A DNA stretch of 64,000 nt from Chrysomallon squamiferum. Lineage: Eukaryota; Animalia; Mollusca. The position numbers and the translations under genes are program-made. Location: NCBI GenBank assembly GCA_012295275.1, contig CM022665.1:39866001-39930000 (forward strand), given 5' to 3'. The notes under the pieces are model-generated. The model saw only the letters and a list, made by a program, of their open reading frames with translations, searched no databases and was not told the DNA's origin. Shown here piece by piece: positions 1-15,609 of this stretch (its first letter is position 1; every line of letters begins with the position of its first letter).

Positions 1-334
1 TTACCCCGAATTGAGATTACCTCCACTCTCAGATTTGCCAGATAAATGATCTGGTACCTGTACAATTTATCAGTTTTTAAATGTATTTTGTTTTGTTGGT
101 TTGTTAGAAACATTCCATGTCATAAATAACTCAGGGACACATAGTTGACAGAATAAATTTCCATGACAAATGATAATTCCAAGAAAATAACTTTGGCACT
201 AAAACAAATCTCCATGTTAGGCAATTCTAAGTTGTAATTAACAAATTAAATTAACACATTGTTAAATATTTGAAGTTTTGTTGTAAATCTAGTGATCTTG
301 TTGGCCTTTTTCCTTTTTCTTTTCTCTGTTTCTT

Positions 335-373
<39 letters not shown>

Positions 374-465
374 GAAAAAGAGCCCTGTGTGAAGGCACTT
401 GAAAGCTAATAATTTTAATTATAACTTCAGTTTGTTTTATTTTTGGGCCCAAATCTGTTAGGAAA

Positions 466-500
<35 letters not shown>

Positions 501-2548
501 CTCTAAATTCAGTAGAAAATTGTTTTAAAGTTACTTTATTGTTGGTTTATGTAAGTGTGGATGCTAGCCACTAGCTTGTTCACATAGTTTCCACTGTTAA
601 AAGCTTTGCTGGCATGGCTGTTAAGATTGTTGAACCTAACAAAGTTTCCTTGTTTTATTAAGGAAAAAATAGTTCAGGGTTATGGGAAATTTTACCTTTT
701 TTCATGTGCTTTCATTTACCACAACAGTTTGACTGTGATTGTTTTTATGAAAAAAATATTTTAATGTTCTGATTTAGTTATTCTTTAAATATTGTATAAA
801 TGTCTTCTTTAAATCCTTTTTGTAAATATACAAGATGAATATTTCCTTTTTTAATTCTATTACTATTATTGTTTATTTAATGTAGTTTTTACATTTTCAG
901 AATATTACTTTGTCATACTTTATCTGTTGTTTCTCTACAAAATTGTTGATTGTTGAATGAAATATAAATTATTTTCTCAAAGAAAAATATTCTATGGTGT
1001 TGACTGAAAAATACACATCTGACAGAAACATCACCAGTAAAAAATGTTCTATTCTTTGAATTCATATGAATTAAAATTCATTTGTTCATTTGTTTTTGTT
1101 TTTATATTTAAACATTATTTATCTGGGTTGAATTTAAAATAAGTGGGGTTTGTTTGAAAATTAAAATGTAATTGTATTGTTTTTATTGACTTCACAAAAC
1201 TTTATTTGGTAACTGCCATATCCTTCATACTTTTATTTTATATGTTTTTAAATAAATAGATAAAAAAAGAAAACAAAATCTACCATATAAAATAAAAATA
1301 GAAAAAAGAAAAGGAATAAAGGTGAAAAAGAAAATTTGATACATTATTATGACTAAGGATTTGTTAATATAAAGAAGATCTAGAAGAAAACAACAAAAGG
1401 AATAAAATTATATACTTATCAGCGACAGAAAGTGAAACTTCAGTGAAAAAAAAAATAACATGAAGATAAACAAGAAAACATCTTACAATTAACAAATTTT
1501 CTTATTAACGAACAGACAACTCTGTTTATCTTGATTAAATTAAATTCATATTAATCTTTAGACTTGGCATTAGATAATAAATACTTAAACTAAACATAGA
1601 TAAATATATTTATAAACACACACACACACACACACACACACATTTGGAATTGGCTCTGTACAGGAAAAAGCTGGTATCTTATAAGAAAATAACCAGTTAT
1701 TTATTTTATCCTGGAGTTATAAATAAATTAGTGGTTTTATTTTTCAACTCATCTCTCGAAAGTAATAGTTTCATATGTTTTGATTTAGTTTTCTCCTACA
1801 AAAACTATATATCAAAATAGTTTGTAAATAATAAAATTTATTGTTAATTTTTTTTAAATGAAAATTATATTCAAAATGGTTTTTCAACATCTAAAGCAGC
1901 AATTAAACACTAAAGAAATATATTTTCCAAAATATTATATAGGTAGTAAGTAATTTATCAAACTAAAAATAGTTTTCTTCCAAAATGTTAAAAATATTTA
2001 TTTTTGGCCAAAAATATAGAAATTGATAATTAATCTAATCATCATATCTTGCCACTATATCTACAATGACTGCATATATATATGTTTATCTTGCAATCAT
2101 TGTAACTAATTGTTACTAATTTATACAGGAGATTAAGAAAAACTGATGGAATTTCGTGACATAAATAATGGATAAATAAAAAATATAAACAAACATAGAA
2201 GTAGGCAAATAGAATAAAATAAAAACATAAACATAACTAAACAAACAAAATAATAATAATAATAATAATAAACGAATCAGTCAATTAATAATTAAATAAT
2301 AAAATACTGTATTAAATTCATAGGTGCCTCAGTGTTGTTGTTTTTGTTTTTTAAAGAAAAGATATTTAAATTCAAACATTGATTTCTCACTGTTACCAGT
2401 CACAGTTTTAAACTTCTGATTCTGCAGATATTAAATCAGAAAATAAATTAAAGAAATTAAAGAACGAAATATAAATAAATAAAAAAACGAAATCCTTCAT
2501 TTTCTTTACATCTTTCAAGTATAAATTCTGTATTAGTCAATTACAGTT

Positions 2549-2602
<54 letters not shown>

Positions 2603-3472
2603 TAGGCAGTAGTAGTAGCAATAGCAGCAGCAATAATATAACAATAACATATCTGAAACCGTTTTCTTTTAAATTAAAACAAAAACATCATTTTTCAAAT
2701 CCATTTTAAAAATGATTTTATTACAGTTTTCATCATTATTACAAACGTATTTTATTTAATATGCATAAACTACAATATAAGTAGGCTTTATTTACATTTA
2801 TCAGTCAGAGACTGATTTAAAAATATTTATATTTTAAAAACACATGCAATGTATAACAAAATCATAGGATTTCATCTTAACAGATGCTAAGGGCATTTAC
2901 TACCAATGGAATTAATGCGTTGCATTTTGACCGGGGTCGATTTTTGTTCGTTTGGTTTTCACTCTGTTTGATTTTTCTTTTTTTATAATAATAATAATAA
3001 TAAAAAAAAAAAAAAAAAAACCATTAAAAAATATATATTTGTAAAAAATAGAGGCATTCTAGCCATTTATTGATTTATTAAAAAAAAAAAAAAAAAAAAG
3101 AAAAATTAATAAATAAAATAATTTTAAGATTTACAAGTAGATTGTCGTTACAGTTCCGATTTAAATCTTGGAAGAGTTGTGGTCCCTGAGTATATATTGT
3201 TGATAACGAAACCTACTGTAAAACGCCAATGTTCTCCCCTTAGTGATTTCAGTTTTGTTACATTTTTTATTTATTTTAAAATATTATTTATTTACTTATT
3301 TATTTATTAGTATTATTTTAATATTATTTTATAAAAGAAAATAATAATATAAAGAAAAAGGAAAGTATTTATTGTATTTTATTTTTATCGAACTAAATAA
3401 AATTATTTACGTAGAGAGCGTAAATCAGAACGAGACAGAAAAAAAAATTAATACTGGGGAATAAAAGAAGAC

Positions 3473-3505
<33 letters not shown>

Positions 3506-4272
3506 GAAAACAGCAAATGAAATACTTCACGTCAATGATTTAGTTATCTGTCTTAAAATATTTTTAAAAAAAAAAAAAAAAAAAATTGATGTATATGACT
3601 ATTTTTTAAAATTTGTTATTACTATTATTATTTTGTTATTATTTCCTTTTCAAAACAGACTGATTAAGAATAGTTCGAATTAAAAATGTGTCTGATTTTC
3701 GTTTTCATTTTGTTGTTGTTGTTATATGCATAACTGTTTCTTTACTGGTATATTTTAAGTGAACATTTCAAAAATGATAATTTGGCAATAGAATTAGAGG
3801 ACAGGAATTTTTCTTCCTTTTTTTTTTTTTCTTTTTCTAAAATGGATGGAAAAAAACAACAGTATTTATATTCATACTATCTGCATGGAAATGAAACTTT
3901 ACAGTACAGGCATAAAACTGGAAAATAATGTATAAAAAAAATATATATATACCCCATCCATAAATATAAATAAATAAATAAATTGTTTCTTTTGTCTTTT
4001 ATTTATTAAATTTAATTTGGCTGAACACTGAACACAAAAGCCTAATGAATGTTTTTGTGATGCATCTATTTGTGTATGTATTCAGTTATTTCAATTCTAT
4101 TTACGTATTTTATACATTTTGTAAAATAATATACATTTATAGATTACTGAATTCGACTAATTATTAATTGTAAAATAAAACACACAATTACTATACAAAA
4201 TACAAAATAATATATATAATATTATGATGAACAAAGTATAGTGTTATATGCCATAATCTTATTGTTTTCAAT

Positions 4273-4320
<48 letters not shown>

Positions 4321-4693
4321 TAATAATAATAATAAAATGAATGATAATTAAATAAATAAATAAATAAATAAATAAAATAAAGTTTATCTTAAAAACAAAT
4401 CATTAAAATTAATGAGGCATATTACAGCATGTTACGTTATTGTTTTCACTGGAAGGCACATAAACATTAAAAGTTGACTAGTTCATGGTCCCACGATAAT
4501 GGTGACCTTGACCCTTGCATGTATCATCGTAGGTCAGATTTCATAGGAATGACACATTTCCATTACTGCATATGAGTAATGCTTAATTTAAAACATGAAA
4601 TTTGATAAGTGCTAGGATAATAATGATTATTTTTGTTTTTCTCTCGTCTGAAATTATAACATTTTTATTATTATTTATTATTACTAAAAAAAA

Positions 4694-4726
<33 letters not shown>

Positions 4727-6305
4727 TATGAAGGGTTTCTGGTTACCCGCTGATGAATTAATTATAACAAGCGAGTTCGTGCCCAGAGCAGGCGTACATG
4801 AATCTGAATGAATATAAAGATATTAATTACACTACAACAACATTCTCTAATACGATGCCTCTTCCTTTTAGTAATGTAGAGTTTTCAGGGTGTGTAAAAA
4901 GAATAATGGCCTTATTTCATCGAAGCCGTTATAAATTATAATTAAAATATTTTTAAGGTTTATAATGGACAGTTCGATAATGAGGAGATTGCACGACCGT
5001 TCTCTAAACAAACCTACTAACTAATCTAAGTCCAGTGTACAAGCATGTAAACAAGTATTAAGGAACATGACACACGATGATGGAGAACATAATAATTTCC
5101 TGTCATGCAGGACCCGAATTAACCCCTCTCCTCTACGTAACCTGTGCTGATTTATAATACTGTAATAATTTTAAAATGTATTAGACTCAGAGAGAGAGAG
5201 AGAGTTTACAAAAAACAAATATAATAATAATAAACAAATAAATAAATAAATAACAAAGAAAAAGAAAGAAGAAAAAAAAGTCCATTATGCAAGACTAAGC
5301 TTGCTCCAAACAAAATGCATAATATATTCATTGATTTTACCAAATATTTGATTTTTTTTTTCTTTCTTTCTTAATAGTAAAGAAAAAAAATGTAATAGAA
5401 TTCGGTTATCTTACATTTATGTACAGTATTGTGTGGTTAATTACATATAGTACACACCTAAGGAAAAAAACACAAAAAAAACAACCTCTCAGTTCCTTAA
5501 TTAATATGATAAACAGGTCATTTCCGGCGTCGGTGTGAGAAAAAAAAAAAAAAAAAAAAAAAAAAAGTATAAAATAAAATAAATAAAGTACATGCAGTTT
5601 GTCCTTCTGACTTTTACGACGCTTGTCAAAATATTTCTATGTAAATTTGTAACGAACGTTCTTCGCTCTATAATCCATCAATTTCAAAACGCTCGGAAAA
5701 AGATCCTATGTGTTATACGTGAGCTGTTAATGGTATAATACACTATTTCAATGTGAAACAACAGTCATGCACATCTGTCCGGTGATACATTTCCGTAAGG
5801 TTAAAGTTCTTTATATGGGTTTTCTGAAACGTACGTACGTCATTATGCAGGTGGACAACGAAACAGACCTTTTAACACTAGAAAATAAAACTAGATGTCC
5901 TTGTTTGAATTCTTCATTCTTGAAAGGAGATTTTTTTTTTTTTTTTTTTTTTTGTTGATGTGTATTTAATACACAGTATAATCAGAACATTAATATAGTA
6001 GTTCTGGAACGGGAAATTCAGAAAAAATAAAAGAAAAAATATTTTAGGAAAATTGTTCAGTAAGCTTCTCAAATCAGTGAAGTATACATTTTAACTTGAA
6101 TTATGGAGCACTATTTTTTTAACAATTTGTACACGGGCGTATTTACTTTTATTTATTTATTTATTTTTTTTTTTTTTTTTTTTTTTTCCACAAGGCACCA
6201 TAAAACAGTATTTAATAACGGTTTTGACTAAAATATTTCTAATTAAAACTGATTTTCATTAAAAAATAATTTGTGTTTTGTACTGTCCAGATCTGATTAT
6301 TTTAA

Positions 6306-6522
6306 TCAGGTATTGCCATTATCGATATCATTTGCATCCCCGCTGTTGTCGCGGTCAGCGTCGTTGAGGTCGTCTTCCGAGTCTTCCATCCTCGATTCAG
6401 TGGCAGCCTGGTTCCTCAGCATCACACTGATGACGTCAACATCCGTCGGGTCGCAAAGATCTAGAGGGCGCTCGCCTTCTTCCGTCAGAGCCGTGCTGTC
6501 AGCTCCTTTCTTTAACAGATAT
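6306..6522 (-). CDS. PPP1R27: PPP1R27-like terminal coding exon (ankyrin end plus acidic tail)
   Basis: acceptor TTTTTTTCAG at 6523; YLLKKGADSTALTEEGERPLDL; TGA at 6308-6306. Missed by the ORF track. Confidence 0.9.
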
Positions 6523-6572
6523 CTGAAAAAAATATAAACAGAGAATAAATAAACGAATTTTTGTACTTTAAA

Positions 6573-6634
<62 letters not shown>

Positions 6635-7247
6635 AAGAATAACAACAACACTGTCAATAATAACTAAAGTAACAACAACAGCAACAATAATAAAAATGAT
6701 GATGTTCACTATAATGATAATGGTCATGATAATGATGATATTTAACACAAATAAATAAATAAAAAATAACATGACCTTCATTATAAAATGACATCAAACA
6801 CCGAAATATATAAAAAGCAAAATTCCCCATTTCAACTATTATTCATTAGCAAAGTATCTTTTACATGCAGATATTAAAAAATAATTCAGATTAACCTTAA
6901 TGTATATCAAATATATATATATATGTTGGAAAGGAAGCATTAATCAGAACGGAAAAAAGATTAACGGGAACACGGTGTAGGACTGAACCAGCTTCCCTTC
7001 ACATCTGAAGCTAGTTTTTTAGCCGAGCTTCAGCAGATAAGTTTTGTCTGAAAACAATCTTTCGAAGAAGTTTCAAAGAAAAACTAAAATATACAGACGA
7101 TCGAATACGAAAAAGAAATTCCGTCGTTGAAAATCTCTGTTAACACTGTCGTGCGGTCCTGAAAACATTTCACGGTTACGTATTTTAAGCAGTTGCAAAT
7201 CTTCGAACAGATGTGATGTAAATTTAAAGCACATGTATTTTTATTCG

Positions 7248-7278
<31 letters not shown>

Positions 7279-7530
7279 GTGTAATGGATACGTTCTTTTC
7301 AAAAACATTTGTAATGTGTCTGAAGAATTTTAATGACTTCTCAGTGTTTTTATTTCACCGTGTTATTGCTGACAGCTGCCACGTCCTAGGTGTTGAGAAT
7401 ACGTCAACACGAAATCAGCATAACAGAATGGTTTTGTCTGCCAAGAAACGTTTACTTATCTTGTGACAGATTTTAAAATTTGGAATAATTTTCATTAGTT
7501 ATAGATAGCTTAAAAAAAAAAAAAAAAAAA

Positions 7531-7561
<31 letters not shown>

Positions 7562-7838
7562 TATGAATCTTCTGTTGTGTTAAAACAGACCATAAGTAAT
7601 TATTAATGAAATAATTCATTTTAGTTTGAATTTTGTGATTTGATATGAAATAATACCTTAGATATATTAATTATATATGTACGTATTTACTTGCGTTAGT
7701 GTATGTGTATGCACACATTTAAGCACGCGTACGTACGTGTATTGTGACATATATAAACATTTAAGTACGGATATTCATACATACACACATAGATATACAT
7801 AAATACATGGAACGTCAGAGATAGACCAAGAGGCAAAG

Positions 7839-7912
<74 letters not shown>

Positions 7913-8422
7913 AGAAGAAGAAGAAGAAGAAGAAGAAGGAGAGAGGGGAATAAACAAAGTATCATTCCTGTAAACACAAGCATATATGCTAATAAGATAA
8001 TATTTATACAGTTGACACTACACATTTCTACATGTATTAACTTCGCAGTAAAGACCAACAGCAAAATATTTACAAAAATGCCACAAGACTTTTCTTATCT
8101 CAACATTTACAGACGAGAATGAAAGGTAAGACAATGTTTGTGTATACAGCAGAATGATTTAACATATGGACTAAGACAAACACGCTCTTTTATTCAGCGT
8201 TGTTTCTATGTTTCTACAACGATGACTTTGAACTGTGTTTAATGAAGAAAAAAAAAAGAAAAAAAAAAACAAAGAAGAAAGAATGAAGAAAAAATGTTAG
8301 GATGAAATATGCCAAACGCCTCTGCAAAGTTAAATATCGTTGCAAAATTTAAAAAAAAAAAAATCTTTATCTGAAGGGAAACGTATAAAGCAACACTTTA
8401 TATAGAAATGTATTTACGTATC

Positions 8423-8453
<31 letters not shown>

Positions 8454-8745
8454 GCACACAATGTGAAAATCCTTGACATTATTTAACATGTATTTTGTAC
8501 ATATACGAGCAGCAACTCGAGAAGGTTGCTATAAATCGGATTTTTACGTCGTGATAAATAAAAGTGGGATGTGAGACATTTATCACGTGACCTGTTACCA
8601 TCACTTCCCGTGGAAGCAGACGTAAACACACGGATAAAAGATTAAAATTGTTATCAGTTAGTTTTGACTGGGTTTAAGACATCCGGTGCTCGAAGAGACG
8701 TTGACGATTTCAATAATAGTTTGAAATGACGATTAAATGTGTATG

Positions 8746-8821
<76 letters not shown>

Positions 8822-8900
8822 ATTATTATATTCGTTTTATCGTTTCGTAACGTAACAGTGCAATAAAATCTTTCATAAAAGTGCACAATTTTTATCATTT

Positions 8901-8936
<36 letters not shown>

Positions 8937-9966
8937 CAATAATAATAATAACAATAACAGTAACACGTAAATCTTTGCTAATAAAAAAGTTAAAAAATAA
9001 AAATAATAAATAAATAAATAAATAAATAAAACAAAAGACGACAACAGTAGCGTGCCAACAGCATAACTACCTACAATACTGCACCGCAGAAACATGTTTT
9101 TATTGTTTATTTATATTTATTATAATTTGTAACATTGTCACAGAATGCACCTTGCAGTCTTTACGTAACTCCCTTTATGGTTCACAGTATAACAACGGTA
9201 AATATAAATAAATAAATAAACAGCGCAAGAAAGAAACAAAAAAAGGAATAAAAAGTACTACAAAATAATGTCAGAAAGGTTTTAAACTAAGCAATGATTT
9301 ATGAGGATTTATCGGTCATAGAATTAATTATTATAAGAAAAAATAATTTACTGTTTTACAGATTTATGAATATGCACCGGTTTTAAGATATATTTTATAA
9401 TACAAATATTGAAATGTTTTTAAAAATTTTATAATTAATGAATATGTACTAGTCACAATATATATAATAATATAATGAAAATAATCAAATGTTTTTCAAA
9501 TATTTGTAAATTTATAACATTGTACCCATCATAAGATATATATAAAAATATTGAATTGTTTTTAAAACATGAATATGAGTAATTCATAACATTTATCACT
9601 AAAATAAAAAATTTAAATCTTAACAGTTTATGAAAATCTATAAGTCAAAAAATGATACTGTAAAACAGGTTCTTTAATTTTTTTTTTTTCTTTCTCTTAA
9701 ACGAAGGAAAACATTTGTTTATAATTTTTAACCACTGGCAGAGATCCATGAACAAAATATAAATATAATAAGCATGCGTTCTTGAGAAAATTAATGGTAA
9801 GTGGAAGGGTAATGAAAAACATGTTGCACAGACAACGAGGGAATTAAGTACATTAGAAATTTCGTTCATCTTTGATGACTTGCAAGCGAAGTGGTCGCCA
9901 AAGATAACATGAAGGTTGAATGGTTGTTGAAGATAAGTGATGGTGTTAAAATAAACAAAATTATCC

Positions 9967-10050
<84 letters not shown>

Positions 10051-10468
10051 ATTTCTGAAGATAGTATTCAAAAATCAAAAAAATAAAATAAAATATAACA
10101 AAATAAAATAAATAACATTAAATAATAATAAAGAATTTTTTTTGTTTTTAAATTTGTTGGATATTTTAACCCTGTTTTCTCTGTTTTAAATTTATATTAA
10201 AAATGAAGTCATATATAAATTTAAGATTTACATTATTAATTCCTTTGTTTTCTTTCTCTTTAATTTTTTGTATTCATCCTACCTTCTTTATTAGTTCTTC
10301 GTTCATTTCTTTCTTTCTTTCATTCTCTCTCTCTTTCTATTTCTCGTAATAAATAAAAAGCCTGTTAGGACTAGGGTTACAAGAAACAATTTCTAGTGAG
10401 GATTATTATTATTATTATTATTTCTCCTGTACGATAATTTTCAGTTTCTTTTTTTTTTCTTCTTCTTC

Positions 10469-10503
<35 letters not shown>

Positions 10504-11339
10504 GAAAGGCTCATTTCCCCATCAGGGATTTTTATCCAGACTTATGCGAATTGCTGTGATTTGTTTTCTTTTTCTTTTTTTTTTGACTCAACTTCAGCTT
10601 AATCTTTAACACTTGATTTCAAATCACAATTATTCTTCATGACGTGTTTCTTCGTCTTTTTTTATTTATTTTTTTACAAAACTCTACGTTTCGTGAAACT
10701 CCTCATCGACAGCTTACTGAAATAGTTTTATTTTCTCTTTTTACGTCTGTTGTTTAAAAAATAAAATAAAAATAAAAATAAAAATGGCATGAGGATTTAA
10801 CACGAAATATTTCCACACTATCAGTCTTCCATCTTAGACATTAGCGCATAGTTACATGACAAAAAAACAAAAAACAAAAAAACAAACAAAAAAACTGTTG
10901 GGTTCTATTCTGAAATGAAGAGATAACGTATTCGAGTAATACATGAAAGAACGTTTTTCTTCTTTTTATAACTCGAATCTTTGTGTCGAGTTGTGGTTTC
11001 TTTTCTTTACAAAGTCTTTTTTCAACAGTTATCAGTCGATCTTGTTTTATTTGTATAGGCTGTGCTTGCTCGTTACGTTATAACAATTCATAATGTTCCA
11101 TTTGCAGAAATTTGTAAAGTAAAAATAGCAGACTTACTTAAAAGATCGGCTTAATGTTTGGAAACATTGACTTTGAGTTTTCAAATTCTCTTCTTTTTTT
11201 TAATCTTTTTTTTTCTCTCTCTCTTAGAATGGTTTTCCTCATTACTATTAATTTCGTCCAACCATCTATCTCTCTTTAAGTCCGTCCTTCTGTCTATTTA
11301 TTTACGTCGGTCTCGTTTTCTTCGATATTCCTTTCATTC

Positions 11340-11383
<44 letters not shown>

Positions 11384-12751
11384 TCCTCTCTGTCATCCAT
11401 CCGCTCACTCAGTCTTTCTGCCTGTCTCTCTTTCTCTCTACATATTATTATAATTATTGTTACTAATACTATAAATAGAACAAACCTTGCTATATCTGCA
11501 TGTCCTTCTGCGCATGCGGCGTGGAGTGGCGTCCAGAAATCGGCGTCTCTCTTGTTGACATTGGCGCCATGACTGATCAGAAGTCTTACTGCACCCAGGT
11601 TACCGTCTAACACTGCCTGGTGTAGAGGAGTGAGACCTATAATAATAATAATAATAGTAGTAGTAGTACTAGTAGTAGTAGTAGTAGTAGTAGTGGTAGT
11701 AGTAATAATAGTAATAATAGTAATAATAGTAATAATAATAATAGTAGTAGTAGTAGTAGTAATAATAGTAATAATAGTAAAAATAATAGTAGTAGTAGTA
11801 GTAGTAGTAGTAATAATAGTAATAATAGTAATAATAATAGTAGTAATAGTAGTAGTAATAATAGTAATAATAGTAACAATAGTAATAATAATAATAATAA
11901 TAATTATTATTATTAATATTATTATATTAAAAGAATAATAATAGTATTAGTAATAATAGTAATAATTGTAGTAGTAGTAGTAGTAGTAGTAGCAGTAGGA
12001 GTAGCAGCAGCAGTGGTAGAATTGTAGTAATAAAAGTAATAGTAATAATAACAGTTATAATAATAATAACAATAGTAGAAGTAGCTGTAGTAACAGTAGT
12101 AGTAGTAATAGAAGTAGTAGTAATAACAATAATAATAATAAAAACATAATAATAGTAGTAGTAGTAGTAGTAGTAGTAAAGGTAATAATAATGGTAATAC
12201 CAACAACAGCAGCAGCATTTTAAATTAAACAAAAAAATTAATTATAAATATATCTTAGACCTTTTTACTGGTACTGTCATGTACATGTCTGAGTATATGT
12301 TTATGTTTGTGTGTATTTTGACAATCAGTGTGTTTCAGCTGACACACGTAATTACCAAGTTAGTTTTTATTGCCACTGTTTCATTGCTTTACAGTCCTGA
12401 ATATTTTAATGACGGCTCAAAGCCATTTATTATTATTTGAATGAGAGCCAAATGTGTAGTAAAGTAACGTCTGAAAAAAGGTTCTTTTATTCAGATGATT
12501 TTTTTTTTTTTTTTTAAATTAAAAATTTAAGAATTTCTGCACTGAAATAGAGTTAAGAAGAATCTTTACTTGAAGATGAAGAGTCAAATTCTTCCAGAGA
12601 TTTATTTATTTAAAAAAAAACATATATATTTTGATGAAGATATAACTATTATGTGTTTTATGTGTATTTATGTAAGTGTCTGTGTATAAGTGCTTATATT
12701 ATGTATTAATGTATGTTTATAAGTATGTATGTATGTGTATGTATGTATGTG

Positions 12752-12782
<31 letters not shown>

Positions 12783-13948
12783 GTGTGTGTGTGTATATAT
12801 ATATGTATGTATGTATTTTAAGATCTGAATATTATTTGTGTTATGTACGTGTGATTAGACTTTGCACATAGACAATATTCGGGAACGCACTGGTGCAGGA
12901 GGACAAAGTCCAATCACGACCTCAAAAACCCCGTCAGATGCCGCTGACGAGACTCGAACGTATGGCACCCATTCGCCCGCACTCCCAAGCCTGACGACAT
13001 TATCGTTCGGCCACCGAGACAAGCTTTGAAAAAAAAAAAACAGTTGCTCAATAACAGAAAGTAATCATCGCTTCCTACGAAGCACGCCGTTCTTTTTGTC
13101 TTTTGTCATTTTTGCGAGGCATTTAATTTTTGTGGGAAACCTGGCACGGTCAAGTACGTGTTTTAGGATTTGAATCTTCTCTGTCTAATGTACGTCTGAT
13201 TAGACTCTGCACATTGACAAAGATGAATGTAACTTTGATTAACTAACAGTCAGCATCATATCAAAGTAAACATTTATCACTCATTATTCTTTACCATCAC
13301 ACAACATACAGTCTGACTCACAGCGCAAATTACACTCGGATAACCTTTAGAGGAATCTACTGGTATAATTATCATTTTAAATAACCCGAAAATATTTATG
13401 TACATTGAGATACATGATAATAAATTGCTATAATTGGCGTATTGGCTATGGCCTGTAGGTTGCCTTAATAAATTAGAAATTGTAGCATTTAGTGTATAAT
13501 TATACTATAAAGATGATAAATGGTATTTCTATGTCACTTCGTCTGCTGTGAACGATAACGTATATGAATATCCGTTCTTTATGGTTCTAGATAATCTGTT
13601 TGATTTTCTGAATATCTATTCGTTTGCCACGTCTCTCTTCCTCTCTCTAGATACCTAGATCATTCATCCATCTGTCTGTATATCCTTTTATCTGTTCATC
13701 CATCCGTCCTTCCATCCATCCATTCATACATCCACACATTCATCATCCATACACACAAGTACACAGACATACACAGACATACATATCCACATACACAAAC
13801 AAATACACATATTCAACACTTACATATATACGTATACATTTTTCATATAAATAGACATATACACATATATAAACATATATAAACTCATATATATACATAC
13901 ACCACACACACACAGACACACATATATATTTTTTTTTTTGAATTTATT

Positions 13949-13996
<48 letters not shown>

Positions 13997-13998
13997 TT

Positions 13999-14029
<31 letters not shown>

Positions 14030-15576
14030 TTTTATTTATTTTATTTATTTTTTTTTTATTAATTATTATTATTTTTTTATTATTTTTTTTTTTTTATGTA
14101 TTTTCCTTACAGCACTGCAATTATTTTCTCGTTATTCCATTAACCAACACACTAAATAATTATTCCGAATGCTGTTTAATTTGGACTAGATCTAGCTGGG
14201 CTATTGCGTTATTAAGAACTCGTTATTTCTGTTACGACATCGAGATTATTTTAGACCATACATCATTCAAAGACTGACAACACAGATGTAATTGCCTGTT
14301 ACAGGTCATTTTATAATCTTGAAAATACAGAAAGACGTTTCAGCTTCAACAGAACCTTTTGTTGTCTAGATTGCAAAACCACGTGCATTATTACGTTCTC
14401 ACAAAGAGGCTGTGTGTTTGTGAAATTACAAAGTAGCTGTTCAACGCGTAGAGCATGTTATCTGAAACAGGTGCGGGACTAGATGGGGTGGATCCAGGGA
14501 AGCCCCTCTTTTCACCCCTATTATTTTGCCATTATCTCTTCTTCTTCTTCTTCTTCTTCTTTTCTCTCCCCACCCCACACTTTTTATCTTTATAAATAAA
14601 ATATAACGCTGTTGGTTAAAAATATATCATAACGATGTTGACACCCTCTTTTTCATTTCCTGGTTTCGTTCCTGAAAGCCAGAAGAACGATCCAATAAAA
14701 ATGCAGTATTCGTAACTTTCATTTCATTTTTTTCTTCTTTTATTTTAATTTTAATTTTTTTTAATTTTAGCTGTTTACGCTGATAGCGTAAACTTAAAAG
14801 ACCAAAGTCTCGTTTGATCTAGATAATTAAAAACGTCAGGTGCTGGGATCTAATCTTGCCACTGCCTTTTTTCCCAGCGTTCATTGGAAAGACATTACAC
14901 TGATTTTTGTTGCATGCTTGAAGTCATGCACGTGTAAAACAGCACGCGCCAAGGCGTGATTAAAGGAATGTTTTGGTGTTTTCTTTGAACAAAAACAAAA
15001 TGAATGAGAATATTATTGCTACATCAGCTGCAAATGTGTTACAGATCTTCCATCCTTTTTTCAAAAAAGCAAATAAATATCTTTGATTAATATATATATA
15101 TATACTTATAAAATAAAACAAACATCAAACAAAAAAAAAATAGAAGAAAAACTACGAATTTCTAGCATACTTTAGCTCTTTCCCAAATAGCAAAGGAAAT
15201 CTATCGTTATCAATTCCAAATGCTCTTTTTTCTCTCTCTCTCTCTTTCTCTTTCTCTCTCTCTTTCTCTCAGATTTGATCAACAACAATTCGCTCGCGCT
15301 GTGCTTGAATCAACAGAACGATGAAAATCAGAACCCCTGCTACGCCATTACTGCAGTAAATATAATTGACCACTAATCAAATTGCGCAGATTGAGACCAG
15401 TTATCAAAATAGGCAGCTGAATGTCTGAATAATCACAAATATAATGGGGCAAGGAATCAAAGCTATCGTTGAGAATCGTAAGTGACTATTGCTCCGGTAC
15501 CGAGAAAAATCCAGTTAAAAGTTAAGCACCCTGGCTGTTTATGTTGCTTTTGACCTTCGCCAGAAAACACTTTTTC

Positions 15577-15609
<33 letters not shown>

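Noticed and set aside
2889-3243. Possible MITE with CTAAGGG...CCCTTAG ends
   Set aside because: Inverted match is only ~7 bp; insufficient evidence
12935-13020. tRNA gene (A and B boxes), also 50110-50190
   Set aside because: No convincing cloverleaf pairing, and both copies continue into a shared non-tRNA body and simple-repeat tail, i.e. SINE heads
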